Positions 1 through 14,500 of a DNA stretch of 64,000 bases are shown piece by piece (positions within the stretch are counted from its first letter, which is position 1; each line of letters opens with the position of its first letter). The stretch covers positions 219,921 through 283,920 of the forward strand of contig JAQGDQ010002373.1 of assembly GCA_030141605.1 (NCBI GenBank), in the 5' to 3' direction. Both the position numbers and the translations under genes were made by a program. The stretch comes from Tubiluchus corallicola. Lineage: Eukaryota > Animalia > Priapulida. Below the pieces are notes generated by a model. It had not been told where the DNA came from and did no database searches. It saw only the letters and a list, made by a program, of their open reading frames with translations.

Positions 1-2956
1 GAAGGTGATAGTGCAGACAGTTCAATTCATGGCTGGCCTCAGCTTTTTCTTGAAGTTTTGTCTCTCGATATGTGGCATCGATATCGAACGGAAGGCTATG
101 GATACATATCACTCCCCACTGAACCAGGTTAGTGAAGCCTGGTAAAGCATTATCGGTAAAATCTACTTTTGGCGCCTGTGTCCATCATTCACCAGGTGTG
201 TCCTTCACTTAAATGGCTTGAGGTCTATTGGACCAACAAAAAAAAATCATTTTTATCTCTCTCAAACTATTGAGGCTATGAGGCTTAGACTATAATTGCC
301 CAAGCTCAAACATGAATTTTAGTACTAATAATAGACTGTATGAGAGCTGCCTTAAAGGAAAACTGTATTCGATCTTAAACTGTAGCTGAAAACAATCTAC
401 TGTTTAAAATATTGAAAAGAAACACACTATTTTTTCAAGAATGACTTTCATGAAAGAATAATTACCAATGAAATGCAATTTTGCTTGTGCAGCAAGTTCT
501 TTGCTGTTTACATGCAGCTTGCCATTTGTTGGTTAGATCAGCACTAGCACCTGCATTTCGGAAACGCGTTGCATAAAATAACTGGTGCTGTATCTCTTAG
601 TTCGGGTGTGTTCGTTTGTGATGTAGTGCACATGTTTGAGAGCTCGTGGTGAGCATAAATTTGATATTTGAATTTTTATCTTAAAACTTGCATAGTTTAA
701 TACATCACACTGAGTCTCGTACAGTAGCACTTTTTACGTACTTCAAAATGAGGTAGGATATGAAAAATCATCCTGTTTTCCTTTAAGTGTTACGACTATC
801 TGCCGCAGTGTATTCTATTGCAATTTTCACGCTGCAATTAATTATTATGGCATGTATAATGTCACGTAAAAGGTTACTATGTGCTAAACTGCTTTAAATT
901 CGGAAATAAACCATTCGATGGCTTGCTAAATTGATAGCAATTAGTTATACCTTTTTAGCGATTTGCTGTTGCTAACATTCTAATTCTCACCTCCAAAGCT
1001 AAAACTTGAAAGCATAATAATCCTTACGCTTTTAAGCACTTAAGCAATTATGAAATTTTCGACTAATAAATATCAATGAATCGTGTCACGCATAATACAA
1101 AATGTATCCTTGAAATACATTGTGACCCAAATATCTCTTTCTTATCTTTAGGATGCAATATTAGAGTGATTAATACATGGAGGCCAGTAGGGCGATCAAT
1201 AAATGACGAGCTTCGAAGGTTTTTTATTGGTGGATCACCCGAGTTAGAGGATCCGACTTACATTGCTGTGCCATCCACTTTTGAGGTTTGTCATATCTCA
1301 TCTAGTTTCGTAACTGGAAATCTTAGAAATGCTTAGCTCATGATCTGATTGCAAATTAAGAATAACGATTAGGTCGAAATGCAAAATGCAAATATTATCG
1401 AGACATATCGATTTGATTTACTTTCTATATTATATTAAAAATTAATATATATATATATATATATATACATTACATGTGCAGTCCACATGAGGTTTTCTTT
1501 GCACGGTTTACAAACGAAAATTAGAAGTAAAAACTATAAAATAATCAATATAAAAAACAAATATCCTAATTAATATTACATAAAAGCTTAATTGTAAAGT
1601 TGGATTAGAGTTAAAAAGAAACTAATATACATTTTTGCTAATGACTATTCATAAGTAGTTCCCTGAGTTTCAGGTAGTTTCCCTGAATTTTATTAAATGT
1701 ATATTATGTGTGTGTGTGTGTGTGCATGCATGGGTGGGTGGATGGGTGGTTGCGTGTGTAAGATGAAAATCGATCTGTTTGTCAGTCTGTTATTTATGCA
1801 CTCCCACATTCTGCAGTGTAACCCTTAATCTGGTACACCATAACAACCAGAATGGCCTCTGGAAAGTTTTATTCTAATCGTCAATTTAGTCATCGCCTCT
1901 CCCTCTTATGTGGGGTTCTGTGTAGCATAATAATGTGAATTTGTCATTATGCTATTCAAAAAAAAACAAATAACAGCATTTTGTTTTAGGGCAATCGACT
2001 TAGTAAATTTGGATTCAAAACTGAATCTACAGGAAACGTGAAGATTAAGCTGAACATCATCCAACAATCTCGTGCCTTTCTTGATTCAAAATCTCGAAAA
2101 CGAACATTTGCATCATTGGTGGATAAGTTGGGGTAGGTCTTTTTACTAAAATTTGTGGTTAAAACAGCATATCATGTCTGCCTGTTTGTCACTTGGCAAA
2201 TCTGTATTATTAGTTTTCTCATCTGTATGTCATAACTTTAAAAGAAAGCTGGAGCCAATGTCGAACCACAGCTCAAAATGATCTAGCATATAAAATATTA
2301 AAAGGAAACATATTTTTTTCAAAAATGACCTAGTCAATACCGTCGATTTTGGAACCCAGAAAAAGTTGGCATTATAGCGAGTTTGGCGTTATAACAAGAT
2401 GTGTTAAATTTTGGCACAGACAAATTACAAAATAGTCAGACAAGTTTACATTGGTTAGGGTTTTCAATTTTCATTCATCTTTATTAAGAAATTTTCATAC
2501 AAAATTTTTCATCCTGTTTTAGGGTCAGTATGGTGCAAGAAGGAATTATCACTGCACTCCGTAAGTATCAGAATTATTAAAGCAAATTTTATTTTTAGTT
2601 ATGTATATGACGGGCAACAGAAGTTTGATGTTCCTCTTACATATTTGGAAACAACTTACTGGGCAATTATTGGCCCAACAGGACATGTGTAATTGAGCAA
2701 TTTGTTTGCTATATTGTACTGTACTGTACTGGGTAATTTGTTTATCGTACTGCTGATTGTAAATAAGTATTGTTCTTGTCAGTATTGTAGGCCAAATATT
2801 TTATGGTATGACTCAAATTGACTGTCGAATTAATGGGTTAGACAGATGTTTAATCTAAATTTAAAATCGTTTTTCTAAACGTTTGTTGCAGAAAAATTTT
2901 CACGGGCACGACAACGAATGATGACAGCGAGACAAAGTATATTCGCATTGGAATGA
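1..2956 (+). CDS. MKS1: MKS1 (B9-domain ciliary transition-zone protein), last 5 coding exons; 5' part lies outside the window
   Basis: Exons 1-127, 1152-1285, 1990-2132, 2523-2560, 2892-2956 join through GT-AG introns in consistent phase: GWPQLFLEVLSLDMWHRYRTEGYGYISLP..TWRPVGRSINDELRRFFIGGSPELED..RLSKFGFKTESTG..FSRARQRMMTARQSIFALE*. Matches the MKS1 C-terminus as I recall it. Confidence 0.93.
356..782. mobile_element. Non-autonomous DNA transposon (Kolobok-like MITE)
   Basis: TTAA flanks (352-355, 783-786) and short inverted termini AGGAAAAC...GTTTTCCT; lies in an MKS1 intron. Confidence 0.55.
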
Positions 2957-3898
2957 GTGATATGGTTTACAGGGTTCAACTTATGATCTAGTGAATTGAT
3001 TACATACCAAAGATGCACAATGCTTAATCACAATTCACCTGTTTTATGAGTCACACCCATTTCAAATGATATGAGTGATGTCTGCTTTTAAGCCACAATA
3101 GAGTAGGTGTACTGGTGTGTGTGTCAGCAGAACCTAATGTTCGTGTCGTTTGCAGGAAGTTAGGCTTTCTAGGATGTCTTGTTCTTTTCACAAAATATTC
3201 CTACATTCTCTTCCATTCTACTGCAAAACTAGTGACATTCAATTTGTTTTATGATCTTTAAGCTAATCGTGAAGCCTTGAGGGATAGTTCTTTCCAAGAA
3301 ATGCTCGATCCTCCGACCTTACCAGAGACGTCTGTGAGAATTCTGGGTACTTTTCGTCATTTTTTTAACAAAGTATTCCTAAGAGAAAATAGTGATCTGG
3401 CAGTTGAACAAAAATCAGCTAAAGTCAAAGTAATAGACCATTAACTGCTACAACTGTAAATATTTCATTGTTATTTATTGTAACTTCACAATGAATTAAT
3501 AAATTATTTTTAACATACAAGTGTTAGTGATACTGTATGTACAATTGTCAAATTTGTGCAATAATTATTCAACCTAAGTTACTCAACAAAAATTGTTATA
3601 CAAGAAACACAAAAATGAGTTTCATATATATGTTATGGAATAATATTAATGTTGTATGCTTAAATATCAACTTAAATAGCTAACACACAACAAAAGCAAT
3701 TGTTAAAATATAGATCAATATTACATTATTATACCAAATATTTATATCGCACACTACTATGAATTCACATGGTTTCAACATTATTACTGTTCTTTTTCTT
3801 GCACATATTTTGAGAAAGATGAAATTTAGTAAAAAGCTCCGCAATGATAGATAATATTAAACAATATCCATTTCCCACATTTTGCAATACTGATAATA

Positions 3899-4709
3899 CA
3901 GTAGGCGCCGCTTAATAGACTCAATGGCTTAATTGACTCAAAAACACCTGGTACGGGCCGCTTGTATTCAATTATACATAAGAACTATCGGTAATTGACT
4001 CAAATAACTCCGCATAATCGATCCTGTTTTTCCTTCACAAGCTTCAATAAGACACTTGTGTGATTAATAAGCTTTTATGACTTTTATATCATCTTAGTTT
4101 GCTTTTGTCCTATAATATACATAGAAACAATCATGTTAAGTACCGTTTTGCTTGTAAGCAGAAACGTTTAGCATACCCTAATGGTTTGCTTTGACCCGCT
4201 GGTCCACTGCAATTAACCTCGTTTCCCAAGAATTCCTGGAAGCTAAACATTTAATCACTTGTTTAGCAGTTTGCTTTTGAACCTCTGGCTGTCTTTGCCA
4301 GAAGGTTTAACACAGTTAGATGTTGCTGTTATGCGAGGAACCCAGGTACAGTACAGTAAGTACATCACAAGTATGGCAAGCTACAGACAAAGTTGGGGGA
4401 ATCACAGGCACATTTTTATCATTTTGAGAACTTTGTGAGCCAACTTCTTCATGATAAAATGAAGCAGCCGACTTTGAAGGAATTTTTGCAAATAAGTAGA
4501 CTTGTGTGATTTTCTAATTTTTAACTGTACAAAGGAATTTAGGCGTTACTTCGTTTCTAAAATTCATTAAAAACATTTTGCAGTGCATAGTAAGCTGGTG
4601 ACTCATATCTTATACCAGTAATACTACACCCATCAGTTAATAAGTTCAGTCGGTTAATTGGGTCAAAACACTTCGATCCCAAAATGAGTCTATTAAGCAG
4701 CGCCTACTG
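3899..4709. mobile_element. pogo/Tigger-like MITE, family A copy 1
   Basis: TA flanks; TIR CAGTAGGCGCCGCTTAATAGACTCA...TGAGTCTATTAAGCAGCGCCTACTG; internal sequence shared with 48674-49452 and 51907-52632. Confidence 0.85.
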
Positions 4710-5599
4710 TAATTTGTATTAATTCTACACAGGAGTCTACTAATTTTTTGTTCACAATAGAAATATAATGTGTGCAACAAAAACGTCAGGACCGCCACAA
4801 AATTTGAGGTCTTTACCTTGCCTTTGGTGTGTCTAAAGTGGGTCGTCAGAAAAGTATCCTCTAATTTTGCAGGAAGTGCACAAACTTTCTCTGCATAAAT
4901 GTAGAGGTCGATTGTTGAAAAAGTTATAAACCTCAACAGCAATAAATGTGAATAACTAATATTGTGTAATCAAAGAAGCATAAAATACCAAAATGTTTAC
5001 TAATGGCAAGGCTCGGTCCTCATCTCACAGAAAGACCTTAGTGTTTTTGAAAGTGAAACACTTACCAGGAAACGTACCTAGCTAATGTCAGTTTATCAAC
5101 ACCGTACCTGGGCTAAGTTGACAGTGTTATCACCAGTAGCACCACATAACATCAGCATTTGTCGCATTGATTATCCTGTGCTTTGCTCATTCAGTTCAAA
5201 GAGACTGACAAAAATCAAGTCCAGCTTGATGTCATCAAAGTTCGTCCATATTAGATCAATATGCTTGAGGCAAAAGGATGCTTAAGGACCATGTCGATGG
5301 ATTATTAGTCCATGAAGATGCCGATTAGTCAAATGAACAGGCTCAGTGCATTGCTTATGCATTTAACACTTAGAAACCAAAAAAATGGCACAAACAAAAT
5401 GTGAATCAACAAATTTCACCCATTTATATCCTGACTGTTATTATCAGTTTTGCATGACTTTCCAAAAAAGTTAGATGCATAAACATACTAATAACAGTCA
5501 TAGCTAATGCAGACACAACAGCGGAACACACCACAAATGACATTAATAAACACAAATATTTTGTAGACAATATCTGCACAGAAGAAACAGAATTTAAAT

Positions 5600-8500
5600 T
5601 TAATCATTTACATCAAAAGGAGCAGATAGTTGACCATCATTTAGTCCCAGATCAGACATTACTGTTGGACTGGGTACTTCTAAATCAGCAAATTCTCCAA
5701 GAGGCGATGGATTGTGGGTAGAACATGTTTCCATGGTAACTGGCGAGGTGGGACCGGAGCTAGCTACATCCCCTTTACCAGTCTCACTGTTTGCTTCTTC
5801 ATATGTTTCTCCTAACTCTGGCTGTAAAACAAAACAATGTTAAAACAGGTAAGCTATAAGCCACAGTTTATGCAATTAAATTACTTTTTAATAAATTCAC
5901 GGAGTGGATCTTGCATCAACAGGTAGCACAAGATCATAATTTTCTCAGTTATTGAGCAATCAAATCAGTAATGGACAGTGTAAATTTCTACACAGAAATA
6001 AATTCACAAGATCTGCTTAAAAAGTTGAGCAAGTATATCTGTAATAAGCAACTGACTCGTGGTCAGCTAGTGAGCACTCAAATCAGCTGGTCACTAATCT
6101 ACTGAAATCATAAAATTAGTGCGTGCTAGAAATACTTGCGAGGAAAGTCAGACATAAATTACACTAGTACTTAAGTTGATGCTTGTGCTTTCTAATAATA
6201 ATTTGTAGCAACACGTTGGCTTTGTTTGATGGTAAATCCGAAAATTTTAGAAAACACTGTCTACAAAACAAAAATTCCAATTTTGCTCTTTTTTCAAACA
6301 ACTATAAGTTTTTTGTGCACATAAATTTAATAAGTAAATGCTAGTACTAGCTGTTAGATAAGTTTAGCACTTTTCACTCTCGGTCTGTTATGATCAGGGC
6401 AACTAGCAATGTGGTAATACATGTAATTCCAACTACTATATGTAATTCTTATTTTTATTACTATTACATGTAATTCCCTGCAGAGATTCTCGTTGTAATG
6501 TTCGCAAGGCTGTGCTAAAAATATCACTGCACAAACAATGTTTGAAGTTGAATTCGCAAAACTTTAGCTCACATTTTTTCCGGTATATGGTATCTGCAAT
6601 TCATATCAGCCTTTGAGTGTTGGTAACGACATCCAGTTAGCCATACCTTTATAGCATCTAGTTTATCCGAGACAACGTGACCCTGTCTGGACTTGTTACG
6701 GTCTGTGCGCAATGCTTCCATATGGAGTTTCATTTTTAACAGCATGAATTCAGGCACGGTAAAACCTTTGAGTATATTTAACATCAGCCCCGGTTGATTT
6801 CTGAAAAGACGTTCCATTAGCAGAAGTTCCGAATTTTCCAGCATTCCAGCAAAATGCTTAATTAACTAAATAATGATAATTTGTGCTTCCATTATTGAAA
6901 CTCAAGATTAATATTGACAATAGTACATGTATACTTTAAAGCAAACAAGTGTACCTGATTTGTGCATAAAAGCTTTTATCCCATCAGTTTTTGCATACAA
7001 GGCACACTTCTGAATTATTTAGTACATATAATAATAATAATTATATATAACACTGCTAAAGGCTTAATTAGGTGCCATGCTGCATACTGTGCATGACAGA
7101 AAATGGCAAAAGGACCTCACACACAAGTATGCAGGTTCCAAGGACATCTAAATGAACATTTCTAGAACCAGCTAGTGCACTACTTGGTATTGTTAAAATC
7201 TCAGCAGAAGTCAGGTTATACAAATACCGTATTACTGGGATCTTTTAAAGCCTACTGGTTATTATAATAAAAAAGGATTAAAGGGATGACCACAAACGCC
7301 CTTGTTCTCTAAAATGGAATCTGAGAACTGAAAAACTGAAACAGCATGTTCAAAATAATGGGTACTAACTTTTGGAATAGTCTGCAAACTGAAATCTGTG
7401 ACAAATATTCATGGAACCGTTTTTAAGAAAAATACATGACCCACATAAAAAAGCTGTTTAAATGTAATAAATACAGTATGAATTTGATCTCTGACTCCCT
7501 TTTGTTCTGTTAAAGCATTTGTATTATGGCAATTCCTAGGCTCTGAGGGTGGCATCGCAAGATGAAATGCATTTATTACACTGAACATTTTTACAACCAT
7601 ACCAGGATATGAGTACATGCAGGTCAAACTCAAGGATGTGCTCGTGTCAATGTTTGTTAACAAGATGTATGAATTCCAGGCCAGTTATTTGATCTGCCAT
7701 GACATTCTAAGCAATTTTAGACCATTTTCACAGACAAGGCATTTGAGCCAGTAGTACAGCTAGTAGCATAAAAGTGATATTTGATGCATAAATATGCAAA
7801 ATGCAAAATAAACTTTGTAGTATATCAGGCCAGTGTGATTGAAAGGATACTGGTATTTTGAAGTTGGGAAATTGAAAATTTTGCTTTTATACAATGCACG
7901 CAAGGAACAAGGTGCGGCTTTTAACTTGTCATCTGGCTGCAATTGCAATGAGGCAAGTTTAACTGTAATTCACTTGGAAGCAGAGGTCATTGGAAATCAC
8001 AAACAGCCAATGAGGGGGGGGGGGCAGTAGACCAAAGAACAACAATCATAAATCATTTTATATTAAGCTTTCCAACCAGTGGGATGCTACTAGCCTACTA
8101 CAAGCTAGTAAAAGAGGTAGTAGAAATAGGCAGTGACGACTGTCTTTCACTCTGAAAACATTTTCAGCGATTAAGTTAACATTTACATGATATTACAGTA
8201 ATGTACTCTTGTCATTTTGAAGCTCATCAAAAGGGATTTTGACTTTTTCAGACAACCCACTAAAGCCATAATTTAACCTAACCTGGCTTATTAACACTTC
8301 TTAGGGAAAAACTACTAGATATGGAATGCATGGCAAACTACTTCGCCTTATCAAGTAAAATCTTGACAACTTAAACACTGATGCCATCTTCAACATTTAG
8401 CTTATTTACGTTTACTAATGTATGTAATTCATCGTATATTAATCTATTTCTATGTATTTGATCTTCAATAGTTAACCACCTGTATACCATTTCTTCTTCC

Positions 8501-11500
8501 CGAGGCCTTCTTATCAGTGCTTGCTGTGGCCAAAGGTTTTATTTTTTTGTGTCTCTGGCAATAATAAAAATATGGTTATATAAATGTGTTCAATACTCGT
8601 ACCAGAAGACACGCCAAAATAAAATTATATGTGATATATATGGCTGTTCAACTTTACTGATTTATAACCTTTAAATTGTGGGAATGCCCTAACAGTCTAA
8701 CCCTAAATGTTACCAATTACCAAATGGATCAAATAGCTTTCCCTTTTGTTCTTTTGTTTTTTTGTCCTCTGGTTCTGGTTTTATCAAAATCTGATAAGTG
8801 AATACGCAATTATTCATGAACAGTAATTAAATAAAACATGCGAATGTTGCTTAGAACACACAACTTTGGAGCTCTGGATGCCCGGCTCACCGACCACCTT
8901 TTATAGTGCTCTATAAGCACGTCCCTCTATAACATTTTTATTAATTCTGAGTTGGTTATGTTTCACAGGAAACAGTAGTTTTAAGGGTGCAAGAAAAACA
9001 TTTTTCAAGGACAACTGATTGGTTTTTTTTTATTGTATGCAGAAAACATTTTCTTCTACTTGCTCAATTTAAAATTTCTATCTATCAAACATGTTTGATC
9101 CATACAGAAACATACATTTGTCTGGATATACCAACCGACTACTTATTTATTCCTACACAGAAACATTTTTGTCAGGAAATAGTAACTGACTATATATTTA
9201 TTTCTTAATCAACAATAGTTAATAATAATTTATTTAAAAAGACACTTATGTAGTCAAACCGTGTCAAAATGTGTGGGAATTCTGGAGGGGGAAGTTGATA
9301 TATAAAATAATCTGATCATCATGAAGTCTCCCTTTCTCCTGAAGAGAACTACTTAATAACAAAAGAATTGCAAACAAGAGATAAAAACTGCATCGGAAGT
9401 CATTTCTTTTTTCATTTTACTGACATGTTCTCTGGCTCCAAAACAGTGTAGCAAAGACTGAAATTTCACTGTAATAATTCCATAACCATGGTTAAGTAGT
9501 TGCATTTAACCTAATTTTAGTCAACCATATTTTGCAACGTGAAATATTGTGCAATGTAGACACATGTAGTTACACTGTACCTGATACTCTAACATGGTCT
9601 TTGGACTGTGTGTCAGTACAGAATCAGCTTCTACTGACGTGATAAATGTGTCAGAATGTGACGTAGTTTGTAAACAAAATGTGATGATTTACGCAAGAAT
9701 GATAAATACATGTTACATTAACGTAAAGCAAAGGGCGTATTTGTAATGTAAATACTAATGCCGTTATAACAGAAGCTGACATAAGAAGCTAGGAAGGAAG
9801 CAGTTATAAAATTAGTGAAAACGTCTGGTACTCTACATAAAATTATGAAACTTGTAAAACTGTCAGTCTGTGTTATACTGTCGGCATGGCTGCCACAAAT
9901 AACCTTCAGCTATTGGCCATGTTTCCATGATTGCGTAGATGTGCCTTTATGTCCACATGAATTACCAAATGACCGATGTGTATGTACAGAATCCGGCGGT
10001 CAATCAACAATATTCTGCGAATGGATGGGATATGAACCACTAAGATTAACGTTAAAGACAATGCGGTTACAGATTGGCACCTTTATCATCAGTGAGTTTC
10101 ACTACTCGCCAAAGCTGGTTGATAACATGTTAGAAAGTATGATCTCTTTACAGAAACTACGAGTGAATAGAACAGATGTAACTGAACTCAACAGTGGAGC
10201 ATTCAAACATTCTTCTGCACAACTAGGACTAACCACACTAGAAATTGTAGACAATGAACAACTAACTAAGATAAGTAATAATGCCTTTTCTGATATTTCC
10301 TCATTGCAGTATCTATATTTGAGACGTAATCGTTTAAGTGAAATTGCAAGTGAGAGCTTTGAAGGACTTCCACATTTGATAACACTTGACTTAAGTCAAA
10401 ACGCAATAACGGATGTTGCCTCTTGGATACCTTCAATTCCTGGCAGCGTACAGAACTTGTGGATGTGCTACAATGGCATTACAACTCTTCAGGCAAACAC
10501 ACTTGGAAGTTTATCAGGTTTGTTCGCACTTTATCTGGACTACAACAAGATCCACACAATTGAGGAAAGGGCGTTGGACAACTTGCAAAATCTCACTGTG
10601 CTTTTTCTAGGTGAGAACAATCTGACATCATTGGAATCTGGCACATTTGCAAAAACCACTAAGTTGAAAATAATTAGCTTGGTTTACAACAAGTTTGAGC
10701 ATATAAAACGCGGAGTCTTCGACGATCCCGGACTAGAAGAACTAGAAAGCCTCGACCTCAGCAACAATCTAATAAAAACATTAGACGAAGATTCCATTAT
10801 AAGCAGAAGCGAATATCAAGCCATAACGCTAGACTTGAGTAGTAAGTTCTTATTGTTAAATCAACTTAATATTGCCAAATGACACAATTAGCACAATAAC
10901 TTTCTGTTCTGTTTTGATTCCCACTTATTCTAGTGAAATTTAAGTGTTAAATAGCCTAGCAGTCACACTAATGTTGAACAACGCAAATTATAGATAGCAT
11001 CGAAAGTGTGCAATGTTGATCACCTAAAAACAGTCAACTTTTCAAGTGACTAATCAGGTACGATAAACTTGATAAGCTTTAGGGGTTATCTTGATGGTGA
11101 ATCTTAGAAAAAATGCCATTACATAACTCCAACTCTTACAAACAGCTGTTTTAAACGAAAAAAAGAATAACATCAATAAAATTCCTAAAATTTGGCTGAA
11201 AGTACACACAGTAGTAGAATTAAAATGTGCAAAACAGTGTTTTCATACAATATTACTTAGCACTAATTTTACTGAACAGCCATGAGATTGAAATCATATA
11301 ATGTACACTCATCATTTTGCTTTCCAAAAAATTCGGGACAACAATAACCAGGTTTAATGCATTAAACTTTTTCAGACAATCCCTTAAACTGTTTGTGTGA
11401 ACTAGCCTGGCTCATTAACACTTCCTGGGGAGGAGGTACCAGACTTGGAAAGTGTGCTGCACCACCTCATCTGAGCGGACAAAGTCTTGACGACTTAACT

Positions 11501-14500
11501 ACCGAAGACTTGTGCAATCTTTAAGTTTCCTATAATATATTAAAAATTTTTCAGACAATCCATTAAACTGTTCGTGTGAACTGGCCTGGCTGGTTAACAC
11601 TACCTGGGGCTGGGGAACTAAACTTGGAACTTGTGCCGAGCCACCACATTTTAGCGGACAAAGCCTCGATGAACTGAATGCAGCAGACTTATGCAATCCA
11701 TACAGACCGCCAACTGGAAACCCGACGACAGAGGAAGAGGAAACGACAGAATACACCAAAGACACCACTGAATCGCCACCACAAACAACTACAGATTCTG
11801 GTAGAAGATTACAATTTGAGATGATTTTGCTATCTTTATCTATATATGTGTCTTTAATGCAGAAATTAGCTTGAAAATATATTAGCATTCTCACATCTTT
11901 TACGGTTATTTAATATGTTATATCAAATTCAAACATAGACATCAAGTTATAACTATAAGTGAATAAAATACGACAAAAACTTATTAGCAGAATTAAATGA
12001 ATAGAAATAAACATGTGTTGCTGTTCTAACATAGTAATAATATGATTGTTTCTTAAACATATAGTTTGTTAATTTGATTAAAATGATTTGTTAACGTGAT
12101 TATCAGCCTTTTAACCATCTTTTGCAGCTATGATCAAATGAATAGAAATAAATATGTGTTGCTGTTCTAACATAGTAATAATATGATTGTTTCTTAAACA
12201 TATAGTTTGTTAATTTGATTAAAATGATTTGTTAACGTGAGTATCAGCCTTTTAACCATCTTTTGCAGCTATGATCAATGTTGATTGCTGCATCAGATTA
12301 ATACAAAAAAATGTTAAAACTATCACTCAACTACACTGACACGTTAACACACCAACACTTCAATCTCAACTGTGTTCAAGCTGATGCAGCTATCAGTACT
12401 CACGTTACGACAAATAAGCGAGAATGAACAGATTTCAGCAAAGCATCTATGACTATGGAAACAACTCACTCCATACTTACATAATTCAGAAAGAATTTTG
12501 TGAAAGGCTTTGTATGAAAACTTACTTGTATTCATTTGTTTCAGCTAAATCATAAATATCTTCCTCTATCAAGAGATAGGCTCTTCCACCCGTTGCTGGC
12601 ATCAACCTATTTTCGTACAACCACACCTTGTCTTCACTATCACCTGAATACTAAAGTTAAAATTAACCGAGTTATAGCTAAACAGGAAACAACTGCTGAT
12701 ATTCAACCTTAAATATGTGTGTATTTCACAGCAACATGTGAAGCAAATACCACAAAAAAACAAATTTATGAAAAGCTTATTTATTTGTGGTGAGATATTA
12801 CATTTTCTTATGTTATTATTTTCTCATTTTTTTTGTATTTTTAAAAATAATTTGCACAAGAAATGCTTTTTCAAAACTAATTTAGAGCTAATGATTAGCA
12901 GTCACTATAACAAAATTAGTAGGACCTATTGTCCACTTTCAGCAGTTAATTCTGCAATTGACAAACAGGAGGTCAATTATGCATAAGATAGTTTATATTA
13001 TACTACATTACTTATTTTGACAGTAAATTGGCATACAAAGAAGATGCGTAATAGTGCATTCACAATAATAGGGCCTTGGAGTAGCGAAGTTAATCGTCAA
13101 ACAAACTGCTGCTGATTTTTTCAATATTCTTATCGTGAAGTGGCATCGCTAGTTGCCGGATTCAGCATCATAACGAGTAAAGCAGTTAAAGATGGTCTCC
13201 ACTCAGTAAATAACACAGCAATTTGTAACCTAAGCAACACGTTAGTTCAAAGAATTAGGGACCAAAAAAACTGCCCGTGAATTCTGTGATGCACCAGTCA
13301 CATTTCACCTTTTGCATCTTTCCTTTTCTTTTTTTGTTTCGCTACTTATGATCACTGTGCATAGTTTAAGTAGTAATTACTTACCTTAAATAAATCTGGA
13401 TGTTTTATGTACAATCTACCACGAGTAGCACCAAGACCTAATGCTCTGTAAAACAGTGAACAAACATTACTCTGCAAAATAGAGACACAACTTATCTTTA
13501 ATATCACTTGGCGATGAAGATTTAAGTACAGTACTTAAATTCTTATGACATTTTGAAATATTCCAAACATAAAGTAGGCATTTCATGTTTTTAATGGGGG
13601 GGGGGGGGGGAAGGGGCAGTTTGTCACTGCACTGCAACACTATTGCTCACATGAACTGGCTCTCCACCACACTCTCTACACTATTGAATAATCAAAATTA
13701 GGAATTCTGCTTGATAAATTGGTCAGTAAAAATGCAGTTTTATCGAAGACTTTAGGCTCTCAAGAAAATTGTGAATTTTCGTTCTTGTTATTACACTAAA
13801 TTAGCATAAAAACAAGAATGAAAAGCCATAGTCACTTACAAAAACTAAGCAAAATCTCTGTTTTCACATAAAATTATATCTTGACTCATAAATATATAAT
13901 TTGCCTTTAACCGGCACAGTCCCATAAAATAAAAACCAAATGTTGGAAAATAACCATGATAGAGAACTAAAGGAATCCAAAAAGCACAGGAGTCCATAGC
14001 AGCTAAGAACTGAGACACATGTACTATTGACCCACACCACCCGTTGTATATATCATTAGCAAAACATTTAATATTAAAATTATTGCTCACTTATTTGCTT
14101 TAGCACCCATTACGAATTTTGTTTCAAGCGTCAGCCGTTCGGGATCCCATTTCGGCCCCTCACGCAGTACTGACTCAGCTTTGCTGAACTTTGAGGATGG
14201 CGTGCTACGTCCAGAGCCTAAACCTCGAATCTGTAACAAAACATGGCATGTAATTACCATACATGGTCAAAAGCAAACTGACATAATTATAACGATGTAA
14301 TCACCATCGTTGGGCTTACATTAAATGAGACTGAAATTAACAATAAACAAAACTGAAAACAAAACAAACAAAACCAAAGTCAATTAAATTTGAGTGATTA
14401 TAAGTTAATATTATAAAATTAAAACAACACATTTTTAATATCAATTATACCTGTCCAAAAACATAAGGAAATTCATATGCCAATACCAGTATATATACAT

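Noticed and set aside
5060-5340. Donor-like CCTG|GTAAGT on the minus strand downstream of the DNTTIP1 stop
   Set aside because: No open frame and no clear partner acceptor; could be a 3'UTR intron but is unsupported.
9815-10882. ORF-track call of a single-exon 355-aa LRR protein
   Set aside because: It starts at a GTG upstream of the signal-peptide ATG (9845) and reads through the donor at 10842; the LRRCT lies in downstream exons.
11499-11894. 131-aa minus-strand ORF (similarly 15466-15798, 23690-24070, 46865-47137, 50726-51010)
   Set aside because: Antisense shadows of real coding exons.
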